Shown in pieces: positions 19,651-29,071 of a DNA stretch of 64,000 nucleotides. The stretch spans positions 305 to 64,304 of the IMG/VR virus record IMGVR_UViG_3300032237_000080. One strand, 5' to 3'. The first letter of the stretch is position 1, and every line of letters starts with the position of its first letter. The notes beneath the pieces were generated by a model that made no database searches, was not told the DNA's origin, and was given only the letters and a program-made list of their open reading frames with translations. Both the position numbers and the translations under genes were made by a program. The DNA comes from a virus (taxonomy: Duplodnaviria; Caudoviricetes).

Positions 19651-19837
19651 TTTTAGTTTCTCCGGTTGGTTGGGGTTGGGTGTTTGTCATAGCAATCAGG
19701 TCAGTACGTTTGATACGTACCTTGTTGCCAATCTTGAAGTGAGGAATCTTCCCCTCACGAATCAGGGTGTAGACCGTTTGGCGGGACACACGCAAGTAAC
19801 TTGCGACTTCCTGCACAGTCAATGTTTCAGTTTGCAC
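19643..19837 (-). CDS. Excisionase-like (HTH_17 type) DNA-binding protein
   Basis: LTVQEVASYLRVSRQTVYTLIREGKIPHFKIGNKVRIKRTDL. Confidence 0.8.
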   Translation of the reverse strand: MQTETLTVQEVASYLRVSRQTVYTLIREGKIPHFKIGNKVRIKRTDLIAMTNTQPQPTGETKNV

Positions 19838-20231
19838 TGTTGCTCCTCCTTACTGTTATGGAATACTTACTATCAATGTTCATACCCTTGGGCATGAGGT
19901 CGGGATTCTCTTCCAACAACTGCTTCATATTGGATTGACTGACACGCTTCTCCAGAAGATCAGGCATCTTGTGTTCCAAAATGAATTTGTGCATGGACTC
20001 CCAATCGCTTGTCCAGTACCGTGTTTTCACAGAGCGAATAACAGTACCGTTTTGCGTTTTTAAACTATCAGCACCAATGGTTTTACAGAGGTCGAGCAGT
20101 TTGCCCTCCACCATATCCATTTGGGTTTTGATAGCCTCGTCTTCTTCCTCGTATGCACGAAGAATTTCAGACCTTTTGTCACGCATCTTTATGTAGACGG
20201 CGACTAACTTATCGACTGCAACATCAGTCAT
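19827..20231 (-). CDS. Conserved phage replication-module protein (coiled coil)
   Basis: MTDVAVDKLVAVYIKMRD start after a GGGAGG RBS; first gene downstream of the promoter at 20262-20289. Confidence 0.65.
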   Translation of the reverse strand: MTDVAVDKLVAVYIKMRDKRSEILRAYEEEDEAIKTQMDMVEGKLLDLCKTIGADSLKTQNGTVIRSVKTRYWTSDWESMHKFILEHKMPDLLEKRVSQSNMKQLLEENPDLMPKGMNIDSKYSITVRRSNSAN

Positions 20232-20261
20232 ACAAACCTCCCTCTCTCTTTTTATGTTCCT

Positions 20262-20289
20262 ATGATAAACCAAAATTTAACAATGTCAA
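20262..20289 (-). promoter_or_regulatory. Sigma70-type promoter TTGACA-N16-TATCAT
   Basis: Minus-strand -35 at 20284-20289 and -10 at 20262-20267. Confidence 0.55.
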
Positions 20290-20295
20290 GAGTTG

Positions 20296-21843
20296 TCACC
20301 TTAGTATTTCCCCGTACAGGTCGGTGATCTTTTCATGTATGTCAACCTTGTTGTTAAGCATGGTGTACATACGTCTCTCAACGCCACTTCCTTGCAAGTG
20401 CACTACAACGGATGGGTTCTTTTGCCCTGCTCTATGAACACGTGCATTACATTGCAAATATGTCTCTACGGACATTACCGGACTCCAATAGACAATAGTG
20501 TTTGCCGCATGAAGCGTCACACCATGCGATGCCGCTTGTGGTTGGATAACCAACACTTGCGGGTCAGGTGTCCCTTGGAATCTCTCAAATATTTCTGACC
20601 GTTTTCCTGCGGGTACTGCGCCATTGATGATGGCAGTGGAGTAACCGTTCTTGCGTAGGAATTCTGCAACAACCTCAATGGCATGGCGATACGGAACAAA
20701 CACCAACACCTTGTGGCTTGACTCTTCTATCACCTCCTTCAACACCGCCAGTCGATTACTTGCATCAAACTGCACAACCTCACCGCTGTCAGAGTACACC
20801 GCACCACCAGATAGTTGTAGGAGTTTATTCAAGTTCGCAGCCGCATTGACTGTAGTTATCTCCTCACCAGCCGCTTGTACGATAAGCTGACGACGTAGGA
20901 GTTCATAGTATTTCTCTTGCTGTGCTGTCAACGGTACGTCACGTGTTACGTACGTCATTTCAGGAAGGTCAAGACATTGCTCTTTCGTATAACGTATTGC
21001 AGGTTGCAAGGCACGGTAGACAACGTTCTGCGCTTCGGGTTTCGGAACCCATTTAAATTGTGTGACCTTGTTCATGACCTGATCTCTGAACCCACCATAG
21101 AACCGAGGCACGTTGTTGGCGTTGACCAGTTTGGCAATACCGTAAGCATCCAATGGTGACTGTGATGCGGGTGTACCTGTCAACATCCATAGCCATGTGT
21201 TTGGTTGAACAAGTTTGTTGAGTATCTTCCAACGTTTGGTTGTTGGATTTTTATATGCGTTAGCTTCATCAATCACAATCATGTCAAAGCCACCATTGGC
21301 AACAGCATCTGCCACGATCTCCACACCGTCATAATTTATTACCACAAACTCGGCATCGCCATTAATTATTTCTATGCGTTTCTCGGGCTTGCCATACGCA
21401 ATGTCAACCCTGCGGTGCATAGCAAACTTAAACAAGTCATTGCGCCATGCGGATTCCATAATAGATAATGGACAGATTACTAGCACACGTTTTACATGAC
21501 CAAGCAACATTAGATAGTCAGCCGCCCAAATCACACTGGCAGTTTTTCCTGTGCCCTGTTCGTTAAAACAAAACGCACGCCGGTGCATGGTTAGGAATGA
21601 CGATGTAACTTTTTGATGGTTAAATGGTTTAAACAGCCCGGGCCACTTGTACGTAGCGTTAATAGGTGACGGTACGTTGATCTTTAAATTCTTGAGGACA
21701 ATAGATTCTTCCAAGCCCCAGTTGACCAACACACTAGCCACTTTGCCATCGTCTTCAATGACCTTGCTCTTTGGTATGACCGTTGTTATGCGGTCAGGGT
21801 TACGTACTTTGAGTAGTAACGCTTTGTTGTCAATGATCTCCAC
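20296..21843 (-). CDS. SNF2-family helicase
   Basis: EQGTGKT (motif I), VIDEA (II), LTGTP (III), QCNARVHRAGQ (VI). Confidence 0.9.
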   Translation of the reverse strand: MEIIDNKALLLKVRNPDRITTVIPKSKVIEDDGKVASVLVNWGLEESIVLKNLKINVPSPINATYKWPGLFKPFNHQKVTSSFLTMHRRAFCFNEQGTGKTASVIWAADYLMLLGHVKRVLVICPLSIMESAWRNDLFKFAMHRRVDIAYGKPEKRIEIINGDAEFVVINYDGVEIVADAVANGGFDMIVIDEANAYKNPTTKRWKILNKLVQPNTWLWMLTGTPASQSPLDAYGIAKLVNANNVPRFYGGFRDQVMNKVTQFKWVPKPEAQNVVYRALQPAIRYTKEQCLDLPEMTYVTRDVPLTAQQEKYYELLRRQLIVQAAGEEITTVNAAANLNKLLQLSGGAVYSDSGEVVQFDASNRLAVLKEVIEESSHKVLVFVPYRHAIEVVAEFLRKNGYSTAIINGAVPAGKRSEIFERFQGTPDPQVLVIQPQAASHGVTLHAANTIVYWSPVMSVETYLQCNARVHRAGQKNPSVVVHLQGSGVERRMYTMLNNKVDIHEKITDLYGEILR

Positions 21844-22032
21844 AATCTCTCCCGATAGTTATGCACACCAAACACGTTGTGTTTAATGGAAATTTGTCCT
21901 CGTCTTTCCGAGGTGTCCGTCAGTTCACAATTGAAAGGGCATCGCACTGACTGGTGAGGTTATCCTATGAGGGGTCGTGTAACCCTGTATCTACTATCAC
22001 TCACACCTTACTTCGTAGACACTAAATCAACT

Positions 22033-22293
22033 TTACTTCATGGAACGATCTGCGTTCCTTTTGAATGATCTGTTTTTCGATGGCGATTCCAATCGCACAC
22101 CATTTTTGTTTGACCCGCCTTTGCTCAATGCTTTCACATGGGCAACATCTTTACCTGTGCGGTCAACACCCTCTTTATCCAGCTTGCGTCTTGCACGTTG
22201 ACGTTCCATACGTGCTTCGTGTGCACCCGCACGTTTCTTTTCTAGCTCGTACTCACGTTTGATATTGCGATCTTCTTTGTTCTTATACACCAT
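22033..22293 (-). CDS. HNH endonuclease-like protein
   Basis: GKDVAHVKALSKGGSN...SKNRS beta-beta-alpha-metal pattern. Confidence 0.7.
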   Translation of the reverse strand: MVYKNKEDRNIKREYELEKKRAGAHEARMERQRARRKLDKEGVDRTGKDVAHVKALSKGGSNKNGVRLESPSKNRSFKRNADRSMK

Positions 22294-22979
22294 TAACGTA
22301 GCCTCCCATTATGTGGACAAATTAGCACTGGACACCATGCCTTGCAAGCAAAATTTTGTTTTGGATTAAACACTAACGAATCGTATGCAGTCTCACGTGC
22401 AACAAGTACGTTGTCCAGTTCCGAAAATATATCTAACCCAGTAGCCGCATCGTAATCCGCTTTGATGAAGTCACCCACCACGACGAATAGCAATCCTGCT
22501 TTCACGGTTTTGATATTGGGGAAATACACAAAGATACAAGCCGCCATCAACGCTAATTGTTTTGTGTCAGCATACTTACTGCTTTTACCTGTCTTGTAAT
22601 CAACGACACGTGCTTCCTGTTTGTCATGATTCAAAATAATCAAATCAGCCACGCCCCTGTACCAAACATCTTTGGCAAAGAAGTCACACGCTACCAAACG
22701 TCCGTTCTCTTTCTTCAACCCCATCTTGTATTCGCATAGCTTCTCGCCCTTAATAGAGTTCAGCTTCTCCACCATTGGTTTGAGGTATGCGTACTTCTCA
22801 GGGATTGGTGTGCCATCACGCACAAAGTTTTCAGCCGCAAGGTGTACATCTTTCCCGTACATCATTGCATCGCTCTCAGGCTCTACAGTATCTTTTGCTA
22901 CACGCAAATGAAAGTACTTCTTCGGGCACTGATCGAACAGTGTGATACTTGAGTAACTCCAAGCGGGAGGTTTTTTCAT
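22293..22979 (-). CDS. PD-(D/E)XK exonuclease (Cas4/RecB-like)
   Basis: WSYSS...QCPKKY, RGVADL, VVDYKTGK, C-terminal CKAWCPVLIC. Confidence 0.85.
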   Translation of the reverse strand: MKKPPAWSYSSITLFDQCPKKYFHLRVAKDTVEPESDAMMYGKDVHLAAENFVRDGTPIPEKYAYLKPMVEKLNSIKGEKLCEYKMGLKKENGRLVACDFFAKDVWYRGVADLIILNHDKQEARVVDYKTGKSSKYADTKQLALMAACIFVYFPNIKTVKAGLLFVVVGDFIKADYDAATGLDIFSELDNVLVARETAYDSLVFNPKQNFACKAWCPVLICPHNGRLR

Positions 22980-23176
22980 CGCTGTGCTTCTTTCATGACT
23001 TTCAACGAACTCAACATGAGTCGTGCTTCCACAATAGCTTCTAGCGTATGCTCAATGGCGGCATCCAAATCGTTATCCAATACAGCATCGTGCGCTTGCT
23101 TTAACGCTTTCTCTGCCATCATGCACGGCATAGCGTAATCAACAATCCCCATAACTCTCTCCATATCCTGCTTCAC
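22976..23176 (-). CDS. Hypothetical protein (start uncertain)
   Basis: Short helical ORF overlapping the end of polA. Confidence 0.55.
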   Translation of the reverse strand: MKQDMERVMGIVDYAMPCMMAEKALKQAHDAVLDNDLDAAIEHTLEAIVEARLMLSSLKVMKEAQR

Positions 23177-24962
23177 AGTTCAGAGGTATGCCTGTCGCCC
23201 AGTCAGGTACGTACCGCATACACTCCATCACGTACGCCATAGCTTCTTCGGCTTCTTCTTTTGGCGCAATACACGCTACAGCATCATGAACAGTTAGTAC
23301 GACACGGTATCGTTTAGCAATCTTCAGCATCTGTTCACCAATGATGCAACGTGCCAACCCCTGACAAATGTTCTCTGTCAACTTCCCGCCGTACAGCTTC
23401 GCTACGCTTTTGCGTGAGTCATAAATATACTGCAACTTACTATCTTTGTCTTTAACTTTTTTAAGGTTTGGGTAACGTTGTGTCAACCCGTTAGGCATAA
23501 CAATACCATCTTTTACTATCGTTACAACACCCCCCCTGCCCCACTTGACAGTACGTCCCTTGCTCATAGCTTCGATTGCCGCTGACCCCTGCGACCATAG
23601 TGCAGTAATTTTCGGGTGAGTACTTCGGTACGTATCAATGATTCGCTGTGCTTCTTCAAGCGTAATTTCAATACCAGAAGTTTTAAGTTGTCCTCGAAAC
23701 TTCTCTGCCCCCATGCCGTAGCCGCAACCAAGAATCGTAGTCTTGCCGATGAATCTTTCATGCGTCGTGACTTCGCCCATTGACTTTCTGTAAATCTCAG
23801 CCGCCATAATTTTGTAGACATCTTCTTTCCTTTCAAATGCTTCGGTCAAATCGTTCTGCCCTGCAAACCATGCAAGCACACGTGCTTCAATCTGCGATGA
23901 GTCACAATCAATGATGACGTGACCAGCGGGAGCGAGAATGGCACTCTTCAACTTGTTGGCGTTTGCTCCACGTGCGGGGAGGTTTTGAAAGTTCAGCTTG
24001 TCAGCACCACCCCACCGTCCGGTGTGTGCCGCATAGTAAGCAAGAGGCACAGGTATCAAGCCTCGGTTGGCAATTCCTATCAACCGCTCGGTGCGTGTCT
24101 CCTCCAACGTAGTCTTGTTACCCAACCGTGCGGCAACCAACGTTTGCACACGTAGGTCAGGGTGTTCTGCTAACGCCTTGAACCCCTCGTCTGTTTTGGC
24201 AAATGCCCATGTTGTTTTATTAGTGGTCGCACTAATTTTTATAGGCGGCTCAACACCAAGTGCAACCAACTTACTTGCAAACTTGTTGTTGGACATGAGA
24301 TCTTCAACGTCGCTCCCGGCTGCTGCAAGAAGTTCAGCCTTGTGTAAACGTACTTCTGTGAGATGTTTAAGAAGCAGATCCGGGTCTAGCCTTAATACTG
24401 GCTCTGTAAACATCCTGATGGTCGTGTCAATCAGTTTGAGTTCTGTCCGCTTGAACGTAGGCAGTAGCGTTAGGAACAAGTCGTAGGTAAGTGCTACGTC
24501 ATTGCGACAATACGCACCGTACTCGTCCAACTCCCTCATGGTGAAGTCTTGCCGCCTTTTATTTATGGCACTCAACACCTCCGAACCTTTTACCCCAAGG
24601 TTGTAGAAAGCTACCAACTTACCCAAGCTGTTGCCCACTTCAATACCGTGTATCGCACGTGCCATGCTCAATGTATCTGCAATAGCAAACGGTCGTATGT
24701 TGAAGTGCCAGTTAAGAATAGCCATGTCGAACAACGCATTGTGTGCAACCGCCATGCTTTTATCCCAAGGGAATTGGTCAAGCCATTCTTTAATTTGTTC
24801 CCTGTCTCCACTGAACCACTCAGGCCAACCACCGTCTACTTGCACGGACACACCGATCACTTCAAAGCGTATGTCACGTACGTATTCCTCAGTGGTTTGT
24901 TTCTTGAATCCTAAGTCCGTGTTGGTGTAGTACGTCTCAAAATCTACTGTGAGTATGTTCAT
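23139..24962 (-). CDS. polA: DNA polymerase, family A, with 3'-5' exonuclease
   Basis: Exonuclease VDFET and HNALFD; HTGRWGG..LNFQNLP; motif A DSSQIEARVLAW; motif B RFIGKTTILGCGYG; motif C VHDA. Confidence 0.92.
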   Translation of the reverse strand: MNILTVDFETYYTNTDLGFKKQTTEEYVRDIRFEVIGVSVQVDGGWPEWFSGDREQIKEWLDQFPWDKSMAVAHNALFDMAILNWHFNIRPFAIADTLSMARAIHGIEVGNSLGKLVAFYNLGVKGSEVLSAINKRRQDFTMRELDEYGAYCRNDVALTYDLFLTLLPTFKRTELKLIDTTIRMFTEPVLRLDPDLLLKHLTEVRLHKAELLAAAGSDVEDLMSNNKFASKLVALGVEPPIKISATTNKTTWAFAKTDEGFKALAEHPDLRVQTLVAARLGNKTTLEETRTERLIGIANRGLIPVPLAYYAAHTGRWGGADKLNFQNLPARGANANKLKSAILAPAGHVIIDCDSSQIEARVLAWFAGQNDLTEAFERKEDVYKIMAAEIYRKSMGEVTTHERFIGKTTILGCGYGMGAEKFRGQLKTSGIEITLEEAQRIIDTYRSTHPKITALWSQGSAAIEAMSKGRTVKWGRGGVVTIVKDGIVMPNGLTQRYPNLKKVKDKDSKLQYIYDSRKSVAKLYGGKLTENICQGLARCIIGEQMLKIAKRYRVVLTVHDAVACIAPKEEAEEAMAYVMECMRYVPDWATGIPLNCEAGYGESYGDC

Positions 24963-25243
24963 CAGAATAACAATCCAAAGAATGAGGAAACGTATGATTC
25001 AAAGTGTTCTTTTTTGAATAGCCCCATTTGTCCTGTTGGAAAATGAACAACCCCAATCATGTTGTCTCCCCCATCTTCTGCATCCCATATACCGTAGTCA
25101 CCTATCTTTATAGGTCTATACACTTCTGGGTTTTTTGTGTGCCCACGAAATGAACCATCATCAAATATCTCACCAAGCAATTGAGGGGTTTCTATCTTGA
25201 GTCCATCATCGTCCGTTAATGTTGCTTTCATTTGTCCCATCAT
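24962..25243 (-). CDS. Hypothetical protein
   Basis: 93 aa; overlapping start/stop coupling on both sides. Confidence 0.55.
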   Translation of the reverse strand: MMGQMKATLTDDDGLKIETPQLLGEIFDDGSFRGHTKNPEVYRPIKIGDYGIWDAEDGGDNMIGVVHFPTGQMGLFKKEHFESYVSSFFGLLF

Positions 25244-25692
25244 TCTTCCTCCCCATCTGTTAATCGTTTCAAGTCAAGCAAAGCCTTGTACTGTGCCACA
25301 GTCTCAGGGTACGTTTCAATCAGCCATGTGTAAAAGCCATTGATGTGCGCCACCCTTGCTTCTATTGCATTGTTCATGCTGATTACTTGATTGGCAAGGT
25401 TACGCATCTCTTGCTTGTGTGCCGCATCCATCTTTTGAAGTCTTGCTTCAAGTTGTTGTGCCAAGTAATGTTCAGTCCCTCGTGCGTGCCAACTCTCGAT
25501 ACCATCTTTCGTAATCCTTTCTCCCCCTGTTGATATTTTGTATGAGTCCGTGTTGTGGTCATAAACCCCCCTCCCTATTGCCATGCTGTAGGACTCATGC
25601 TTGTGCTCTGCTTCAAACGTTCGGTTTAACTGTTGACTAAGTTGCGCCCCCAAATCATTTATTATTTGTTGTTGCAGTTTCCCTTTAGCCAT
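25240..25692 (-). CDS. Hypothetical coiled-coil protein
   Basis: ATG 25692 after GGAGG; stop overlaps the next start. Confidence 0.6.
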   Translation of the reverse strand: MAKGKLQQQIINDLGAQLSQQLNRTFEAEHKHESYSMAIGRGVYDHNTDSYKISTGGERITKDGIESWHARGTEHYLAQQLEARLQKMDAAHKQEMRNLANQVISMNNAIEARVAHINGFYTWLIETYPETVAQYKALLDLKRLTDGEEE

Positions 25693-25693
25693 G

Positions 25694-26275
25694 TCAACCT
25701 CCAAATATCTTCTTAAGCTCGTCGTACAACGCACGTGCCTGTGTGATACTCAAGCTGTCCAGTATCTCCTGTGTACCGTTGCGCTTCGGTGTTGGTAGTG
25801 CCGCACTTATCCCAGTATCTTCATACTTTTGCACTTTCAATCGCTCTTCTCGCTTTGCCGCTTTAGCCGCACGTGCAACCTCTGCCTGTGCTCTCATCTT
25901 TTCCAAACGTTCTTCACTGGCTTGCTCTTCTGCCTTGCGAATAGCTTCCAACTCTAATCTTTTTTGTTCACTTATTACTCTGTATTTGAATGACGCTCTA
26001 CATATCGTCGGGTCGAAAAACTCTTCACGTTCCAAAAAGTTTTTATCTGTAAGTTGTTTGAGCGAAGATGACACGCTCGACTTAGGCGTATCAGGATACT
26101 CACGCATGATGATGTTTTGTATATTGCTTGCCGGACTGTTTGGATATTTCAATACAAAGTCAATTATCTTTCTAGACAAAGGGGAATACGTTTTTTCCTG
26201 TATTGCTTGGTGTAAATCCTCTTCTTTGTTCCACTCGTTAATCACTGCTTCAAGTTTCTCTTTCATTATTCCCAT
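25694..26275 (-). CDS. Putative winged-helix DNA-binding protein
   Basis: SRKIIDFVLKYP...KSSVSSSLKQLTDKNFLERE wHTH-like segment, then a charged coiled coil. Confidence 0.5.
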   Translation of the reverse strand: MGIMKEKLEAVINEWNKEEDLHQAIQEKTYSPLSRKIIDFVLKYPNSPASNIQNIIMREYPDTPKSSVSSSLKQLTDKNFLEREEFFDPTICRASFKYRVISEQKRLELEAIRKAEEQASEERLEKMRAQAEVARAAKAAKREERLKVQKYEDTGISAALPTPKRNGTQEILDSLSITQARALYDELKKIFGG

Positions 26276-26277
26276 GA

Positions 26278-26571
26278 TTACTCTCCCTTTAAAAATATAA
26301 TTGTTTCTACAAGTTCCTGTAGGTTGTTCTCATTGATAACCCACGCTTGCCCGCCACAGTCATGAATTGCACTCAAGTTCTTATCCTGTAGTGCAGTTGT
26401 AGTGCCCTTACCTGCTTTTGCTTCGATAGCCAAAAACTTACCATGCACACAGCACAAGAAGTCAGGCACACCTGCATTGCCGTAGCCTGTACCCATAGGC
26501 ATAGCGTAGTACACGTTATGTTCTTTGAGTATCTTCTTGATCTTGTCTTTAACCTTTGCTTCGGGCGTCAT
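26278..26571 (-). CDS. VRR-NUC domain nuclease
   Basis: MTPEAKVK...GVPDFL...FLAIEAKAGKG...LQ...GG. Confidence 0.85.
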   Translation of the reverse strand: MTPEAKVKDKIKKILKEHNVYYAMPMGTGYGNAGVPDFLCCVHGKFLAIEAKAGKGTTTALQDKNLSAIHDCGGQAWVINENNLQELVETIIFLKGE

Positions 26572-26716
26572 CTACTTTCTCCTGTAGTTTCTTGGCTAAC
26601 TCTTTACGCAACCATTGCGCCCCACCAAGCCGTTTCCATTCTTCATAGTGTGATTTGGTTAGTCTCACACCTATGTGTTTGCTGTCACCTGTTAGTTCAC
26701 TCTTGGGTCTTGACAT
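26549..26716 (-). CDS. Small DNA-binding protein (ribbon-helix-helix-like)
   Basis: MSRPKSEL...IGVRLTKSHYEEWKRLGGAQWLRKEL. Confidence 0.55.
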   Translation of the reverse strand: MSRPKSELTGDSKHIGVRLTKSHYEEWKRLGGAQWLRKELAKKLQEKVDDARSKG

Positions 26717-26859
26717 TGGTGTTGTTCTCCTGCGGTTCTTGTTAAGAATATAAGTTGACACTGCGTACATCTATACACAAACCCTTGCTCTACGATTGTT
26801 CTGCGGTTGCCACGCTCACCACGTATCTTGCCAAAGAATGTTCTGATTGCTTCAATCAT
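26692..26859 (-). CDS. Small zinc-finger-like protein
   Basis: YRCTQCQLIFLTRTAGEQHQC; GAGG upstream of ATG 26859. Confidence 0.55.
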   Translation of the reverse strand: MIEAIRTFFGKIRGERGNRRTIVEQGFVYRCTQCQLIFLTRTAGEQHQCQDPRVN

Positions 26860-27052
26860 TTTGTTGTTCCCTCCATCTAGCACATAGTTGTTGTACTGTC
26901 TTGCTTTGCTTCTTGCCCTTGCGCTCACACACTGCACTTACGGATTTGTACACTGCTTTTTGTTTTAGCGTCAGTGGTGTTGGCGGCTCTGGGTTTAAAC
27001 CATTGAACCCTACTGTGCCTAGCACAGCACTGAGAATGAGTCGGTCGATCAT
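26852..27052 (-). CDS. Hypothetical protein (possibly secreted or membrane-bound)
   Basis: Hydrophobic N-terminus; coupled to both neighbours. Confidence 0.55.
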   Translation of the reverse strand: MIDRLILSAVLGTVGFNGLNPEPPTPLTLKQKAVYKSVSAVCERKGKKQSKTVQQLCARWREQQND

Positions 27053-27357
27053 GTGTTCTTATCCTTGAGTTTGGCTTCTGCTTTTATCAGCGCCTCATGG
27101 ATTGAGTGCGTATTAAGGATGGCTTCCTGTTGCTCTCGAAAAGTCAGCCCTACCCATGTGCGCTTAGAAATTAAAAGCTCGGCAAACCTTTCCAAGAATT
27201 TGATGTGGTATTTTTCGGGGTACTCACCGCTGACGTAGTAATCAATCGGCGACTCAAATGTGAATGTCGTAGTCTTTTGAATCGTGCTGTGATTGACCCA
27301 CATCGTCACTTGTCCTTCAGCCTGTCTTGCCAGATTAAGTATTTCATCTTGTGTCAT
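27049..27357 (-). CDS. Hypothetical protein
   Basis: MTQDEILNLARQA and KRTWVGLT...LKDKNT motifs of a kind common in phage accessory genes. Confidence 0.55.
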   Translation of the reverse strand: MTQDEILNLARQAEGQVTMWVNHSTIQKTTTFTFESPIDYYVSGEYPEKYHIKFLERFAELLISKRTWVGLTFREQQEAILNTHSIHEALIKAEAKLKDKNT

Positions 27358-27560
27358 TCTTGCCTCGCTTTCATCATTGCTTTCGCTTGTTTGTACGATG
27401 TCTTTGCAATATCGTCATAGTCCAACTCATATTCTTCTGGCGCTGTGTCCACAAGTGCTTGCATAGCTTTGGCCGCAAAATAATCAAGCGTAGTTATCCC
27501 TGCCCTACCCGAATCTTTTGCTTCATGCGTTGGAAATGCAGGATGATTTTTTATTTTCAC
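27354..27560 (-). CDS. Hypothetical protein, xxTxxDYFAAKAMQ family (paralog 2)
   Basis: HPAFP...GITTLDYFAAKAMQAL. Confidence 0.7.
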   Translation of the reverse strand: MKIKNHPAFPTHEAKDSGRAGITTLDYFAAKAMQALVDTAPEEYELDYDDIAKTSYKQAKAMMKARQE

Positions 27561-27766
27561 GCCTCTCTCGCTTTCAACATTTCATCTGCAATTTGATAGG
27601 CTTCTTTTGCTGTATCAAACATTATTCCTGTTGGAAAATTACCTTTTGCATAAAGTCCCTGCATAGCTTTTGCCGCAAAGTAATCACGCAAGGTCATGCC
27701 AGATACGTTGTGGTAATGTGGGTTTGGAAATGCTGATGGGTTTGTTGGTTTGTTGAATTCAGTCAT
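27557..27766 (-). CDS. Hypothetical protein, GMTLRDYFAAKAMQ family (paralog 1)
   Basis: PSAFP...GMTLRDYFAAKAMQGL; ATG 27766 after GGAGG. Confidence 0.7.
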   Translation of the reverse strand: MTEFNKPTNPSAFPNPHYHNVSGMTLRDYFAAKAMQGLYAKGNFPTGIMFDTAKEAYQIADEMLKAREA

Positions 27767-27878
27767 TCCTACCTCCGTTTTGTAAAAAGAATATCGCCCA
27801 TCCAATCAAGCCACAAATAGTTATCAGTGCTATTGCACCGAACGCCATCAGCGTCACAGTGATAAGTACATCCCACAT
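27759..27878 (-). CDS. 39-aa membrane peptide (absent from the ORF track)
   Basis: MWDVLITVTLMAFGAIALITICGLIGWAIFFLQNGGRND; GGAGG RBS; fills the gap exactly. Confidence 0.6.
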   Translation of the reverse strand: MWDVLITVTLMAFGAIALITICGLIGWAIFFLQNGGRND

Positions 27879-27879
27879 A

Positions 27880-28215
27880 TCAACCTCCTCTTCTGTCCTG
27901 TATAAAATACAGTCGGTCATTTATCTTGAACCCTACTTCTTTTACTAGACTGTTTATATCAGCAATCCGTAACATAGAGATAGATTCAAGAACCCACTGT
28001 GGCATATCCTCTTGCGGGACATTTTTACGCACTTTACCGCTCTCGCTAGGTAAAGTAAAGTCCGTTATATCAAACGACTCGTCATCATTGATAGAGATTC
28101 TCAATACGTCTTGCTTCTTCAATCCATTGAACTCCCCATGTATATGCAACTCCATTTGTATAAGCGCACCCACAATCTCGGGATGTATTGGTCTTGATAA
28201 CTCTTTAAGCATCAT
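27880..28215 (-). CDS. Hypothetical protein
   Basis: 111 aa; coupled to the upstream gene. Confidence 0.6.
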   Translation of the reverse strand: MMLKELSRPIHPEIVGALIQMELHIHGEFNGLKKQDVLRISINDDESFDITDFTLPSESGKVRKNVPQEDMPQWVLESISMLRIADINSLVKEVGFKINDRLYFIQDRRGG

Positions 28216-29069
28216 TCAAACACCCAGAAAGTTGTTGGTGTAACCATCACACCCACGTCCATCACTGCATGACCCTTATCTCCAATCTGCAACACGGCAA
28301 CCTTGTTGCGAATCTCTTCGGGTACATCCTCCAGTTTGTACGCTATCACAGGCTCACCAGTATGCGGCTGATACTCCACACGGTCAGGTTTAATCCACAC
28401 GAACATCTTCTTGGGTTTGTAGTTGACGATGCGGATTAGCTCTTCGCCCTGCTCTTCCATCAACTTCACGGCTTCCCTGAACTTCTCTGTGATTGGCACG
28501 TATCCGGTTCTTATCATGTTATCTATCTCTTGACGTATCACCGTTCTGCCCATGTCAGCGGCTTGGTACAACGTGTTCTCAGGCTTGTCTCTCATCCTAG
28601 CCAATGCCCCTGCCAGTGTTGATTCCGCATCATCCATAAGCTCTTGAACTGACATTGGTTTAACGTATTGCAGTGCAGTCTTCACCGCCTTGGCAAAGTC
28701 CTTGGTCTTCTTAATATGGTATTCATCTTTGTGATCGTTGTACTTCTCGTTCTTGATACGCTCAGATTTAACACCGTAAATGATCTTGCCATCATCGTCT
28801 ACTTCTATGAACAACGCACCTACATAAACATCGGGTGAGTCTTTGTATGCAAGCCCAACACCACCGAAATAATCCCCCTTTCGTGTCACGTCAACACGTG
28901 CAACAATGTCAGGACGCTTGTAGCGAATCTCGTTAAAGAACTTCATCACCTCTTTCACCACAGGGATGTCACCAACCCAGTGAGGATGATTGTTTGCTTT
29001 TGCTTTCTCAACAATTTGCACATAGTTGTCGTACTTGTACGTACCAAAATATTGCTCTTGAGTCATCAT
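28212..29069 (-). CDS. Hypothetical protein
   Basis: Start MMTQEQYFG after GGAGG. Confidence 0.65.
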   Translation of the reverse strand: MMTQEQYFGTYKYDNYVQIVEKAKANNHPHWVGDIPVVKEVMKFFNEIRYKRPDIVARVDVTRKGDYFGGVGLAYKDSPDVYVGALFIEVDDDGKIIYGVKSERIKNEKYNDHKDEYHIKKTKDFAKAVKTALQYVKPMSVQELMDDAESTLAGALARMRDKPENTLYQAADMGRTVIRQEIDNMIRTGYVPITEKFREAVKLMEEQGEELIRIVNYKPKKMFVWIKPDRVEYQPHTGEPVIAYKLEDVPEEIRNKVAVLQIGDKGHAVMDVGVMVTPTTFWVFE

Positions 29070-29071
29070 AG

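Noticed and set aside
19643-19837. Excisionase as evidence of an integrative prophage
   Set aside because: HTH_17-type proteins are often plain regulators; no integrase, att site or host genes in the window.
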